Source: Protoeuglena noctilucae (taxonomy: Eukaryota). Taken from it: a DNA stretch of 64,000 bases. Both the position numbers and the translations under genes were made by a program. This document shows positions 37,301-50,600 of the stretch, one piece after another. The DNA is taken from positions 806,001-870,000 of the forward strand of contig OY253683.1 in assembly GCA_958009085.1 (NCBI GenBank). The letters run 5' to 3'. Positions within the stretch are counted from its first letter, which is position 1. Every line of letters starts with the position of its first letter. The notes under the pieces are model-generated. The model had not been told where the DNA came from, did not search any database, and saw nothing but the letters and a program-made list of their open reading frames with translations.

Positions 37301-40300
37301 GCCCTGCTCATCCCTTGCTCCCCACCTCACCATCACCACCACCCTCACCTGCATCGACTTGCGTGCCGCCTCCGTCCCCGATGCCTCGTCCACCGCCATT
37401 GTCGGGCGCAGACCCCCCGACTCCCCCGACGCAATCCCCGCGTCCCCAGCCCCGCACTGCTGCCCTCCCAGCGACCGCCGCGCGTGGCGAATCTCCGAGG
37501 TGCTCTCGAGGGGCGCGGTGTGACTGCTGCGGCGTCTGTGGCTGGCCTGCGAGCCGCTCAGCCGGCCCAGGGCGCCCCGGCTGCGCTGTCCGAGGTGCGC
37601 GGCGCTGGTGCTGGCGGTGGCGGCCATCCCCGCGCCCGCCGCGCTCTTGCGCGGGGTGCGCGTGGGGGGGGCGGGGTCCGTGGCGAGGGCGCCGTTGCGC
37701 CTAGCTTGCTGGCGGGCGGCGTTCTGGACCAACACGGCAGCCACCTCGGGGGGCACGATGTTGTGCAGGATGGCGTCTCTCTGTGACCGGGTGGTGGGGA
37801 TGCGTGGGTGAGGGGCGGGGTGGGTGGAAAGGTCAGTGGATGTGGGTGAGGGGAGGGGTGAGTGGAGGGAGAGGGTGGTGGCGGTTGGCTGAGTGAATGG
37901 ATGTGGGTGAGCGGGAGGGTAGGGATAGGGTGGGTGCGTCTGCATGCGCCCTCGCCCGACCTTGCCTGCTGCGCCGCGACGCGCGACAGTCGGACCGAGG
38001 TGCCCACGAGCAGGAAGGCCGTGAGGAGGTAGAAGAGTGGCAGCGCGACCAGGTACCACTGTTGGGCCTCGAACACGCGGTCAGGGTGCGCGGCGTGCAG
38101 GGAGGCCCAGGCTTTGTTCTGGAAGCCCCTGCGGGAGCGGAGACGCCGGCAGGGAACAAGTAAAATTGAGACAAATATTAATATTATTATATTTGAGCGC
38201 AGTATAGGGCAATTGAAGCGGCGGAGAGCGACTCCTGCCTTCGCACGAGCGGATCTCACACAGGTACTGCCCCATCTGCCACACCCAGCTCACTCACCAT
38301 AGGTACTGCACCATCTGCAACGCCGCGATGCCAACGCCCACGGGCATGAAGATCCAGCTGGCGGCCGTGAGCAGCCGCAGCATGCGCACATCGTCCCTGC
38401 CAAACGCGATGAGCCGCCCCCGCCAGCACATGCCCTCGGGGGCACGCCGAGAGGACCCCCACTTGCCCAGCAGCGGCCGGGGCAGGCACGCGCGCGCCAC
38501 ATCCAAGAGGTCCCGCATGACGGACGGCTGGGGGGACTGCTGTGCGTTGTTGCGCGTGAGGGAGAAGCTGTTGGCAGTCTGGATGCTGTCGGGCCGGCAG
38601 CAGCGGCAGCAGCAGCCTGGGGGTGGAAGGGGTGTGGGTGCGGGTGAGGTGGTGTGGGGGGGGGGGGGGGGGGGGTTGCGGGTGGGTCGTGGAGGGCGGC
38701 GTTGGAACCACCATTGTCCCCTCCCCCAGCTGTGAACTTTGAACAACCTGTCGCCACGTGTACAATCCCTCTAGTCACCTGCCGCCGCTTCCTCCTCCTC
38801 CCCCGCGCCCCCTCCTTGCGCCCCAACCCCGGGATTGGCCGGCTGAGGCGAGCAGAAGAGCCGAATTAAGCCGCCCAGGATCAGCCACATGGCCGGGCCC
38901 ACCAGGACGCGAAACACCGAGCCAGCGCCGCCAAACCCCGACCGGACCTCCATCGCTAGTTGGGTGCTGCGGGTGGGGATCAGCGGAAGGGAGGTCCGGG
39001 GTGCCGCGGAACGGTCCTTTACCATCCACCCATCGCGTCCACGCGCGTCGCCCCTTGCGCACGTGACGACAGCAGTTGCGGTGCAAGCCCTCACCCGCAG
39101 ATGACGATGGCCCCTCCGAAGAGCAGGGCGGCGCCGAGGATGCGCGCGGGTTTGCCAGGGACGGCCGCGAAGCAGAAGGACCATACGGCCATGTAGGTGA
39201 AGACGCGGGCAGACTGCGGGTGGTGAGGGCGCGGTGAGGGGTGGCAAAGGAGTGATGGGTTGTGGGGACCGAGATAGGCTATTGAGTCCATCAGCATCTG
39301 CCCCGCCCCCCTCACCAGGACGGACCAGGATCGGGCAGTGGTGGGCTCCGCGGCGACGCGCGAGTCGATTGCGCAGTAGACGATGTTGCCGGCGTAGAAG
39401 GCCACCACGAGGGCGGTGTCGACGTAAGGGAGATGGTGGCGGAGGGCGTAGAAGGCGCGGGGGCCCTGGGGGAAGAGAGCAGCAAATGGGATTGGGGGAC
39501 GAGTGGGGTGGGGCAGCGGTGGGCATGACAAGCGTGTTGCCCATTTGCTCACCGCGCTGATGACGCACGCGTAGGCGCATGCCAGGCATTGGACGCCGAA
39601 GCTCGCCATCTGCAGGGCGTCGGCCGCATAGACGCGGCTGTCAGACCACGCAGCCACGAACGTGCTGTCCCCTGCGAGAGAGTCCGGACAACACTTCCTG
39701 ACCCTCGGCGAGTCAAAATCACGTGAGATTGATACACACGCGACGTGAAGGAGGCGGCTCCTGGGTCACCGGCGAGGATGCGGGGCCAAATTACAAGCCC
39801 CTCAGTGTTGGTCCCAATGTCGACGGCCAGGATGATGGCGTGGATCAAGAAGACGCGGATGCGCGTGTCCATGGCGAAACCGCGCCGAAGCCCATTGACC
39901 ACTGCGGCGGGCGAGCGCGCGGGAAGTGAGTCGCGCAGCGAGTGCATGGGGTCGTTTCGGATGCGCGTTTCGGCGCGGGTCCCGAGTGGGCGCGGGTGAA
40001 TCGCGTGCGGGTGCGTGGAAAATCACTCCCACTTCCGGCGGAAACGTCGCGAGGAGCGGGAGAAGCTTTACGCGCACGCTGGAACATTTAACCCTGAGCG
40101 TGCCGGGACCAGATGCTTGCGGGCCCGCCTTCGGGGATCTTCCCTGCTCACCTAGCTCGGCATCTCCGCCTGTCAACCCAGTCTCGAGCCATTCAAGGAC
40201 CGTGCGGCCCTGGGGAGGCGCGGACGCTCGCCTCCCCGTTGGCGACGCCCACGCCTCAGGCCAATCTCCGCGGGCCAGCAGCTGGCTGCGGCCGTCGTCC

Positions 40301-40386
40301 TTAGCATCTTCCAGAACGTTCTCTCCGGTTGTGAAGAAAGGAGGTACATCATCCCGCGCGGGCTGCGCGCACAGGGTTCTCTGCAT
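34353..40386 (-). CDS. Multi-TM class III adenylyl/guanylyl cyclase (apparent 1-nt frameshift at about 35289; start uncertain)
   Basis: Hydrophobic N-terminal exons, RDAILHNIVPPEVA, YYREHHEVTMMFSDLVGYTEMAS, YKYETVGDAYM, ARVGLNTGPVAAGVLG, LVGDTLNTASRMESTS, MEIKGKGLMKTYLL. Confidence 0.88.
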
Positions 40387-40852
40387 GCACGTGAGTGTGT
40401 GAGCGTACTCGCACCGGGGGGAGCAGAAGCCCAGCGGCGGTTCCTGATACGACGATTTCCCCAGCGACCGAATCTACAGATGCGCCCTAGATGCCCCGCG
40501 CGCCCCTCGAATGCGTGGGAACGGGGCAAGGTGGTGCAAACCCGTCGCGACGCACCATTGGGGGCTCGGGGCTCGATCCCGCGGCGTCAATCTCATCTGG
40601 CGGCCGCCACACCATCACCGACGCGGCCATCACGGTGCGGTCGGCATCCAGCCCAACACGGAACGCGCGCAAGGTCAACCTCGGTGTTCCGCGTCCATGC
40701 CGCCCACTCGCATTTCAATTCGCAATATCAAAACATCTGTCGACCGCCCACCGGCGCGACAGGGCAAGGAAAGGCCCCTTACTGGCAGAATTGCATGGCA
40801 TCAGAAACACAGAACTGCAGCTGGCCCCTTCCTGCCAGTTCCAGTTTCGGTT

Positions 40853-41997
40853 TCAGGCCTCCCCGCGCAACGCTGCCAGCCGGCGCTTCACGTCCTCCGG
40901 GAGCTCGTCCTCGTCATCATCGGCCGGCGCGCCGCCCGCCTGGGGCTCCTCCCGGGGCCTCTTGTGCCCCGCAGTCGCCTCCCGGGACCCCTCTTGCACC
41001 CACACTGCACAGTCGGAAGCGATGATGCGTCCCTCGCAGAGCCGAGGCTTTCCAAACGCTCGCAGCCATTGCATCTGAGGTGTTTGGCCGCTCGAGCGCG
41101 CACGCAGGGCACCCACCTGCGCGGTTGATGCGGCCCTCCCCCTCCTCATCCCCCTCTTCTTCCAACTGGGTATTCCACCATATCGGGCCACCGTACGCGC
41201 TGTCGCCCGGGGCGCAGGAGATGCAGCCCGTCACAACGTTGGGCGAGATGCGCTGCGCCGCAGCCCGGTGCTTGAGCGGAACACGGCAGATGGACGTGCC
41301 TCCGAAGTTAGTCGCGCCCTTCTGGATCGCCAGCAGACTGCAGAGGTTTTCGTACCCCGGCCTGCGCCACTGCGACAGACAAAGGGTCGCACGCGGGCAT
41401 TCGGCGCGACCGAGGGTGCCGGCGATCGGCGCCCGGCACCCCGGGCCAGCACCCAGGGCAGGCGGGAGGGCGAGCGACGACCGCCACGCACCTTGGCGAT
41501 GAGGGGCCCGTCCGCGATCTTGTTCCGCACCAACCAGTCGAAGAGCTCGCGCTTCATGACCTTGCGCTTGTACATGAGGTCGAAAATGAAGCGGTTCTTC
41601 TCCCAATGCAACCTGCGTGCGAAAGTTATCGACAGGAAGGCCTAGGAGGCGGGCAGGCGCGCGGAAAAGGCGTTCCGGCACGGCCGGCCTGGAGCGCGGT
41701 GTCGCACGCTCGCTTCACCGGTGGATCTTCCACGTCGTCTCGTTCTTCCGGAGGCCGTTATGGTCCTCGTTCACCGCCTCTCGAAGCTGGTTCTCGAAAT
41801 CCCCTATCACCTGCGCAGGCCGGGGCGCAGGGGGGTCTCCCATCCGCAGCGCGTCTTCCGCCCCTCTCCCCGGCCTGACCTGCCGCAGGTCAGGGGCTGT
41901 CCTAGCGCCAGCACAAGCATGCTCTCAACCTCACCTCTTCGATGAGCTCCCAGCCCTCCGGGGGCTTCTGGCCCGCCACCCGGGCACGCCACGACAT
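40853..41997 (-). CDS. BUD31: BUD31/G10 spliceosomal protein homolog, divergent
   Basis: KPPEGWELIEE..LREAVNEDHNGLRKNETTWKIHRLHWEKNRFIFDLMYKRKVMKRELFDWLVRNKIADGPLIAKWRRPGYENLC..TNFGGTSICRVP. Confidence 0.9.
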
Positions 41998-42452
41998 GGT
42001 CGCGCCAAATCCCTCCGAAACCCCGCGGCCCTCCGCACCCAGGCGCACGTCCTATCCAATGTTCGGTCCTGTGCGCACGAACGGCGTGCCCCGGGCCGCA
42101 GCTGAACCTGTGGCCACAAGAGAACTGCCAAAGCAGAAGGATTTGCGATACGCTTCCTGATCGTAGCGTAAGTGACTGATGTCAACTGGAGCATTGCTCG
42201 GGCGCGTTAGCCCCTTGGGCTGGATCACGTACACCGACGTCCGGCGTTTCGTCGAAACGCGCTTTCCCGCGCGACCTCGCAGCCGTCGGGGCCACCTCGT
42301 CACGGGTGCGGTCGATCGCGAGAAAGCGATCGACACGATACCGTGTGAGGCCCCCCCGACGACGACGCGTTCGCCTCAGGCGTGGGCTCGCCTATCGCCC
42401 CGCCGATACCCTGACCTGTCGCTCCCGGCGACGACCATTTAAAGCCAGGAGG

Positions 42453-45400
42453 ATGGGATGCCTATCGGGCATCCTGTCGTCGTCGCCCCAGGCCATCCGG
42501 GTGAGCGCTCGGCGCAGGGCGAGGCTTTGCGCAGTCTCGCATCATCTCAGCCTTCCTCTTCAGTCTATTTTCGAACTGGTCGATGGCGTGCTTCGGGGGG
42601 GACGCGACCGTTCACGTTGGGCGCGTGCAGCCCCGAGGGTTTCGCAGGGACGCGCCTTTGGACGATTTTTCCCTCGATGGCTCCCACGGCAATGTGTGCC
42701 TCGCCTTGAAATCGCTGCGAGGCCCGTGTCGCAGGTGGAGGAGTGGCATATGGGGCCGATGAAGGCGCGGTTCGAGGTTGAGACCATCATGGGGGAGGGC
42801 GCGCAGGCCTGCGTGTACAAAGGGGTCGACAGGTGCGTGACATGAACAGCGATGAGCGCGCGAGGGCCCTTAGTTGCCAAGCCGGGGTCCAGCGCCGCGC
42901 TAGAGCATGGACGTTGACTGTTCGCGCGTTGGGGCTCCCTCGGCCCGCCCCTCCGGCGCTCCCCGCACCGCGCGCCGCATCGGTGGGGTCTTCCTAAGCT
43001 TCTGCGCCCCTCGCGCATCCCGCTTAGGGGATTCGGCCAAAGGCTTCGCGGGAGGCTGTCCGGTGGTCAACGCGTTCCCCGCCTCCCCGCCCGCGCCCAT
43101 GCGCCGGTCCCGCCGCGCGCGCATCCTCCCTCGCTGCCCCATTTGCAGGTTTACGTCGGTCGCCGTGGCTATCAAGGTCTCCCGGCTCCCCCACCCTCTG
43201 GAGCAGCTCTGCCGCTGTGTCCCGCTGCTGACCATGATCCCGCGCGAGCCGACCGTGATGCAGCGCTTCCGGGACGTTCCGGGCATCCCTCCGATTCTGT
43301 GTATTTCCGTCGCGCGTCGTCACATCGCCTTCGCGATGCCTCTCTACGAAACGAGCGTGGCGCAGTGGGTCGCGTCGCATGGCCCCCTCTCCGAGCCCCA
43401 CGCCGCGGCCGTCCTCCGAGGGCTCCTGGAGATCGTTGCGAAACTTCACGAGAAGCACGTCGTGCATCGGGACATCAAGCCGGACAACGTGATGCTCGAC
43501 TTGGCCCAGGTAACGGTGGCACCCTAGCGCCCTGCCTGCACCCGTTCCTGCCCCAGCGTTCGGGGACCCTCCCCGGGCGGAGGCTTCATCGATCGAACCC
43601 ATGTCCCATTCGTGCAATGAATTTCTCATCCCCGCGCGATGCCCTTGCCGGACAAAGCAGCGTCTTGTTTCGGCTCACAAGCCGCCCCCGTTCACCATTT
43701 CCCCGTCGCAGTGCGAGCCCCCGCGCCCCGCGAGGAAGGTCCGCATGTCGTCCGGAGTTTTCAACTGGTTCAGCGCCCACGACCGCCACCAACCTGCCGA
43801 CCGCACCGCCCCCGCCTCGCAACACGCGCCCGCCCCGGCCACCGCATCCCAGCGCGGCGCCGCGGCGCTATCCTCCCCGACGCGCCCCGCCTTTTGCTTC
43901 AAATCGGGGAGCGTGCCTCTGCGCAGCGTTGCTCACGAGGGCACAGGCAGGAGCAGCGGCGGGGGCCGCCTGAGTTTCGGGGGCGGGCGCACAGCCGCAG
44001 CGCTGGCGGCACAGGAGCGGGACTGCTGCGGGGGCCTGACCGCGGTGGCGGTGGAGATGCCGGGGGTTTCGAGGGCGCTGGGCGGGTGGCACGAGCGGAC
44101 GGGCAGCGGGGAGGGTGTCGTGGTGGGCGTGGCGCAGGCTGCGCCCCGTCAGCGGATGTCGGAGGGGAGCGCGCAGCCTCCGGAGCACGTCGTGCTGGCC
44201 CTGCTGGGGTCGTCGCAGGTGCGAGGGGGCGGCGAAAGGGGGTGACTGGGGCTGCGCGGGGGGTGGGGACGTCGGGAAGCCAACGGTGGTTGTTTCTTGT
44301 GTTCCTGCCTTACGTCAAGAGCGTCAGCCAGTTGTGTGCTGGTCGCCTCATGTGCTTGCGTCACTGTGGTTGCCACCGCCCCGCCTCTCACTGCCACCGC
44401 AGGACGGGGACAGCAACGCCCACGCCGTCGTCTTGTCGGACTTGCACCCGGGCGACCGCCCCGCCACGCCGACTCTCACCTTAACGCCGCTGCTGGAGCG
44501 CGGCGCGGTTGCGGGCAAGGGTGCGGGCAAAGGGGACGCGAGCGGGGCGGGCAGCCCCGTCAGCACGGGCAAGGACACCCCCGAGATCACCACGAGCTCC
44601 TGCGCCCCCTCCGCCAACGAGCTCGCGTCCGGCAACGTCACAGCACGTTACCGCTCCCCGTCGAGCCTCAGCGGCGAGGCCGAGGGGGCGGGGCGGCCCG
44701 CGGGCGGCACCCCAAATACCGCACCCGCCGCGCTCGCCACTGCGATGAGCGGGGAGACGAGCGGCGGCGACGGCGACGGTGCGGAGGGCGACGGCGACGC
44801 GTGGGGTGAGGGCGACGAGTCCGACTCCAAGCACGCGGCCCGGGACGAGGCCCGGGCGCTGGCGCTCCAGGCGTCGCCGTCGGCCCCGCGCGGCTCGCCC
44901 CCCCGCTCCCTCGCCCTCCTCTTCCGCCGGTCGGCGAGTTTCAAGCACCCGGCCGCGGGGCCCGATTCCGTCGTGCCCCCGGCGCCCCCCACGTCCCCGG
45001 CCCCCATCCTCGGAATGCCTCCCGAGTTAGTGGAGGCCCTGTCGTCGCCCGCTGCCCGCCGGCGGTCTACGTTTGGCCCCAACGGCGCGAGCGCACCGGA
45101 GGAGGGCGAGGGGGTGGCGTCCGGCAAGGCGCGGCACCTGTGGGAGATCGTGCGGCTGGTGGACTTCGGATGCGCGGCCAAGGCGCACAAGAGGTGAGGG
45201 GTGGCGGTGAAGGGTAGTGGAGGGTGGGGTGGGTGGAGTGGGGTTTTGCAGCCTCAAAAGCGCATAAGCGCTTGTGAGATGGGGCTGCGCATGTCCGTCC
45301 CCACACACGCCACCTCCCCAGTCAGCCAGCCACCCTCTTCGCCTCCCACACACGCCACCTCCCCAGTCAGCCAGCCACCCTCTCCGCTTCCCACACACGC

Positions 45401-46550
45401 CACCTCCCCAGTCAGCCAGCCACCCTCTCCGCCTCCCAGCCGACTCCGCACCGCACCCTCTGGGAGGGAAGCCCACCATCTCTTAACCCCGCTTGGCATC
45501 GCCAAGGCGTCTACTTGCCGCACACGCCGTGGCGGCAGGTCAAGACGTCCCTCACCGACACCGTCGTCGGAAAGTTTAGGGAGACTGTTGCGACAACGGC
45601 CTCAGCTGGTGCGGCTTGACCTGCAGCCACGGCGCGAACGCCAAGACCGCCACTGTAAAGGGCCAGACTCCCCCTCCCCCCACCCCATTTCCCTTACCCT
45701 CCAACCCCCACCCCTCTTGCACCCACACCCAGGCGCCCTGAGAAGGGTTACGTGGCTGGCACCTCCCCCACTGTAACTTCGACCCCCCTCTCACCCACCC
45801 AGGCGTCCCGAGAAGGGCTACGTGGCTGGCTCCCCCGGTTACGTCCCACCTGAGGCGCTGAAGGGTGCGGGCCACTTGGAGCCCTATGACATTTACAGCT
45901 GCGGTGCCACGCTATTCTACGTGCTCACGGGGACGCTGCCCTTCACCGAGTACGAGATACTCTCCCTTAACTACCGGTGAGCAGCGTGGGGGGACGGGAG
46001 GGATCAGTGTTGCCATTGATCAGTGCTGCCATTGAGTGCAAGACTGGGGAGCGCGTGGCGACGTGGCAGCACGCTCCCATCACTCCCTCAATCGCTGCTC
46101 CTCACCCTCTCATCACTCACTCCCTCACCCTCAATCGCTGCTCCTCACCCTCTCATCACTCACTCCCTCACCCTCTATCGCCCCCCCCACCCCCGCAGCC
46201 ACATCCCCATCGAGCGCGCGATCAACATAAAGTCCCCCGACAGTCCCTTCCACAAGCTCTCCGAGCCTTGTAAGGCCTTCCTCATGAAATTGGTGAGACG
46301 CCATGCCGACATTCATCGGAAGCCATCATTGCGCTCGGCTGTGCTGCGCATGGGCGCACTTGCGCTACAGCAGCACCAACTTGATGCGTGCACTCTGCTC
46401 GCCTCCGCGCACCCGTGGCGCCTGATCACGCATCGTCGCTCTTCCGCACCCCGCCCGCAGCTCTCCGGCACTCCTGCGAACCGCCCCACTGCAGTCGAGG
46501 CCCTCGCCGACCCCTGGCTCGTCTCCGCGAGCGAGGCGTTCGGGTCCTGA
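42453..46550 (+). CDS. Ser/Thr protein kinase with N-terminal MGC acylation motif and long insert
   Basis: MGCLSG; IMGEGAQACVYKG; VAIKV; VVHRDIKPDNVML; VRLVDFG; AGSPGYVPPE; DIYSCGATLFYVLTGTLPF; NRPTAVEALADPWL. Confidence 0.9.
45300..45437 (+). repeat. 45-bp tandem repeat x3 (intronic)
   Basis: cacacacgccacctccccagtcagccagccaccctct starts at 45302, 45347 and 45392. Confidence 0.9.
46086..46176 (+). repeat. About 43-bp tandem duplication (intronic)
   Basis: ccctcaatcgctgctcctcaccctctcatcactcactccctca occurs twice in tandem. Confidence 0.85.
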
Positions 46551-47665
46551 CGCGCGACCCGCGATTCATTCCGTGATAGTCACACATTATGCGAACGCAA
46601 CCCGTAGCACCGCCTGATAGTAATCACAGCGCTGTCCAGTTTTTCCACGGACACGAACTTTTGGCTTTAGGAACTGCTTAGCTCTCCCCAGTGCGGCTTC
46701 CGTGCACTGCCCGCTCCAAGTCTTGCAGCGTCGATTGCAGTGTTTGGGCGTTGGCTCCCGCGCTGGCTGCAGTGGCGCGCGCAAAAGGATTGAACAAGGA
46801 TGTGTCTTGTCCCGGCAGCTCTGGCCGCGCATCGCATCCCCGGGACGGCCCTCGACACGCGGTTGTAAAGCGTGCATGCGGCTGCGGGGTCGCGCGGCCA
46901 GCGGTCCCGTCGCTGGGTCGGGTTTGCCACGTCAGTGTCCTGCGTGCAAAGGTGTGCCCCTAAATGGCGGCCGGACCCTCGCGTCAGGCGGGCGTTCGCA
47001 CGCTTGACTGGCTCACTGTGCCTCGTGCTTCTTGATCGCCGCTGTCGACGCTCCCTCGTCGCCGTCGCCTCGCCCCTGGCTGAACGCAGGTGGGTGGGTC
47101 CCCCGGGGGCGAACCGCGCGGGCAACTCGATCGTTTCGGTGTCGATTGCGCGTGGAGAGAGCCGCGGCCGGCTTCGGTGTCGCGCTGACGCGCGCTGCCA
47201 CGTCCGCGACGATTCCGCGCGCTGGCACACTTGATGCGCGTCTCTTTACCCCCGACTGCCGTTTCCGAAACCGTGCGCGCGTGTCCCCGTCGCCCAGCGC
47301 CCGTGGCGATCCCCGCGAGCTGCAACGGTTTCGTTGAGCCGTGCACCCACCCCAGCCCACCCGCGGCATCCCACCCCTCGCCGATGGTATCATGTGATAT
47401 ATGACGTTTCCGATCGGCCGCGGTTCGATCCGCCGGGGCTTGCACGGGCGCGCCCGGGAGGGTTTCCATGCGCGACACCCGGATGCGCCTGCCCCGCCGT
47501 GCCCCCGCCCCCGTCCTGTGCGCCTCCCCCGCCGCCGTCCACTTTTCTGCGCCAGACGCCTGCTGACCGTCTCGGGTCCGCACCCCACCGCGTCGGCGTG
47601 TGACGAGCCTCGCCATCGCTCCTCGCCGCAGGTCCGCGCGCCCCTACGCCCGCGTTCCGTCCGCC

Positions 47666-50600
47666 ATGGGTGGCAGCAGTCGCCGTATGGACCTCACGGA
47701 GGTCCAGGCCCCTCCGGCGGCCCCGGCGCCCTCCCCAGCCGTGCTTTCGGACGACCAGAAGTTCGCCATCCAGGAGGCCGTGTTGCAGAAGGTGCGCGGC
47801 GCGCAGCGACGGCGAAGCGCATTCTTCGATCGCCCATGCGCGTGACGCGCGGTTCGGTGGGCCCTCCTGGGCCGGGAGCGAGATTTCCGCGGGCACCTAC
47901 CCTGCTGCAGTGGATGTTGCGCCCGCATCCGCGCCCGCCCGCGCACGCTTCGTCCCGGGCGCGGCCGCAGAAGAACCGTTACAAGGACATGAACATCAAG
48001 GGCATCCGCAAGCACGGGCTGACGAAGGGCCAGCTGATGATGGACCGGCACTCACGCATGGCCAAGGGCTCCGGGACGGCCAAGAAGGGCGGCGGGGGCG
48101 GAAAGTTCACGTGGGGCTCGGCGTTCATCAACCGGGTGAGGAGACGCAGCTTTGTCTCGTTTTCATCACAATTAGGAGTACAAACGTATTGCTCGCCTCC
48201 CCTCAGCTGCACCAGCCATCCAGCCCGAGAACCGATCCTGTAATTAAAAAGCAACAATTTAAATCAATTCTTCACAATAATTGCAATGTCCTTTCGCGTC
48301 TCGCAGGAGGAGTGCGACGGCGTGTTGGACGACGGGGACCCGAACTACGACTCTATGGAGGACGGGGGCGCGACTGCGGGGGAGCCGGCGTTCGGCGACC
48401 GCGTGCGGGGGTTCAAGGGATTCGTGACGGAGTGCGTGCAGGAGTATTTCGACGCGGGGGAGATCGCGGAGGTGGGTGGTCTTGGCGTGGGGGTGTTGCG
48501 GTGCAAGTGTGCGTGGGTGAGGGTGTCGGTAGGGTGTATGGAGAGCGATTGTTCACAGCGGTCGTGGGAAGTGAGAGCCAGTCATCATGTGCGCTCTTCA
48601 CTCCCAAATGTCACCGCCTCCATCGCAGCTCAAATTTACCGAATCCATAACACCCCACCCACCACCGCCCCCGCCCCTTCAGGTGTCGGAGCTGCTGAGT
48701 GAGTGCGCGATGCCCCGCCTGATGCACCACTTCGTCAAACGTGCCGTGGTGATGAGCATGGACCGGCACGACCGCGAACGTGAGATGGTGTCGGTGCTGC
48801 TGTCGGCCCTTTACGGGGACGTGCTGGCCGCGGACGACGTCGAGAAGGGGTTCCTCAGCCTCGTCAAGACGGTGAGTGAGGGTGTGTTTTGTAATCATTA
48901 TATATGTACAGTTATATTTATAGTGATAGTCATGTGCATGGCACCCGACGACGTAGAGAAGGTGATGTTACGTGACTAATACATCGTTAACAATATATAA
49001 CAATGTATTGTGCTAACTATTACCCTTAGCCTCCTCTCAGATCGACGACACTGCGCTCGACGTCCCCGGCGCCCCCGCCATGCTGGCCAAGTTCATCGCC
49101 AGAGCGGTCGTGGATGAGATCCTGCCCCCCAGCGCCGTGCAGCAGCTCTTCGCGGCGGCGCCGTCGCCGCAGGCCGAGGCGTGCGTGAACGAGGTGGGTT
49201 GGGTACAAGAAGGGTGGGGGGTAGTAGTTGATGGGTGTGGGGATCGGGTGTGGGTGCGGGAGTGGATGGGGAGGTGTAATTACAGCTGTTGCTGTTCTTA
49301 ATACTGTTGTTTTCACTATTACACGATAATTACAATTATCCACCCCATCCATAGGCCGACACACTCCTGCAGGGCCACCACGCCGCCGAGCAGATGCTTC
49401 GCTGATAATTAATATCAATATACAATAATTACAATCATCATTCCTTTTCCATGCAGGCCGACACGCTCCTGCAGGGCCGGCACGCGGCCGAGCAGGTTCT
49501 TCGTTGCTGGGGGAGCGGGGCGGGGATGACCCTGGCAGAGACGCGGCAGTCCATCACGGCGCTGCTGGACGAGTACCAGGCGAGTGATGATATTGATGAT
49601 GATTAGAACTATATTGCTTATAGTATAAGTATTATACTGACTGTGTGACCCTGGCAGAGACGCGGCGGTCCATCACGGCGCTGCTGGACGAGTACCAGGC
49701 GAGTGATCGTGACTACCGCAATTCAAATAAAAATGGCCGCGCTTTATCTTATGAACAATACCATGCAATTACAATTTATAATTTATAATTTGTGAATTTA
49801 TAAATTTACAATAATTCTTATGATAATAATAATTCTCATAATTCTTATACACCCCCCTCCCTCCCCAACCCCCCCCAGACGTCTCTGGACGTTTCTGAGG
49901 CCACCCGCCGCCTCCGGGAGCTGGCGGTGCCCTTTTTCCACCACGAGCTCGTGAGACGTGCTGTGCAGCGGTGCCTGGGCAACGCGGGGGCCGCGGGGGC
50001 CATGGCGGGGCTGCTGAGGGAGCTGCACGGGATGGGCATGGTGTCCGACACGCAGGTGATATCACGATATGAATAGTTAGTAATTATTTGAGTGTATGCA
50101 TGTTTGTATCTTCAACGGTCAGGTTTGTAGGGGCATCTTAGGCTACATTTACCCACCCCATCATCCACCCCCACTCCCACACCCATACCACTACCCTCCC
50201 AGCCACCCCCATCCCCACCCCCACCCCCACCCCCACTGCCATCCTCGCTCTTACCCATAACAGTACCCCACCCACCCCCACCAACCCCCACCCCCCCACC
50301 CCCCCCCAGATGCTCAAGGGCTTCCAGCGCGAGGCCGAGTGCCTGGACGACGAGAGCATCGACGTTCCGGGAGCGAAGGAATCTTTTCAGAAGCTGGTGG
50401 AGGACGCCAGGGACCAGGGGTGGCTGGACCCGCACTTCAGCCTGGAGGCGGCGATGGTCGAAGCCAGGGCAAGCGCGGGTGAGTGGTTGACTGTGATTGT
50501 CGTTGTTACTGTAATTGGAGTGCAATTAGGGGATTTTAGAGTGGGGGGAGTTGGTGAGGGGCGGCGATGGTGGAGGCCAGGGCGAGCGCGGGTGAGTACA

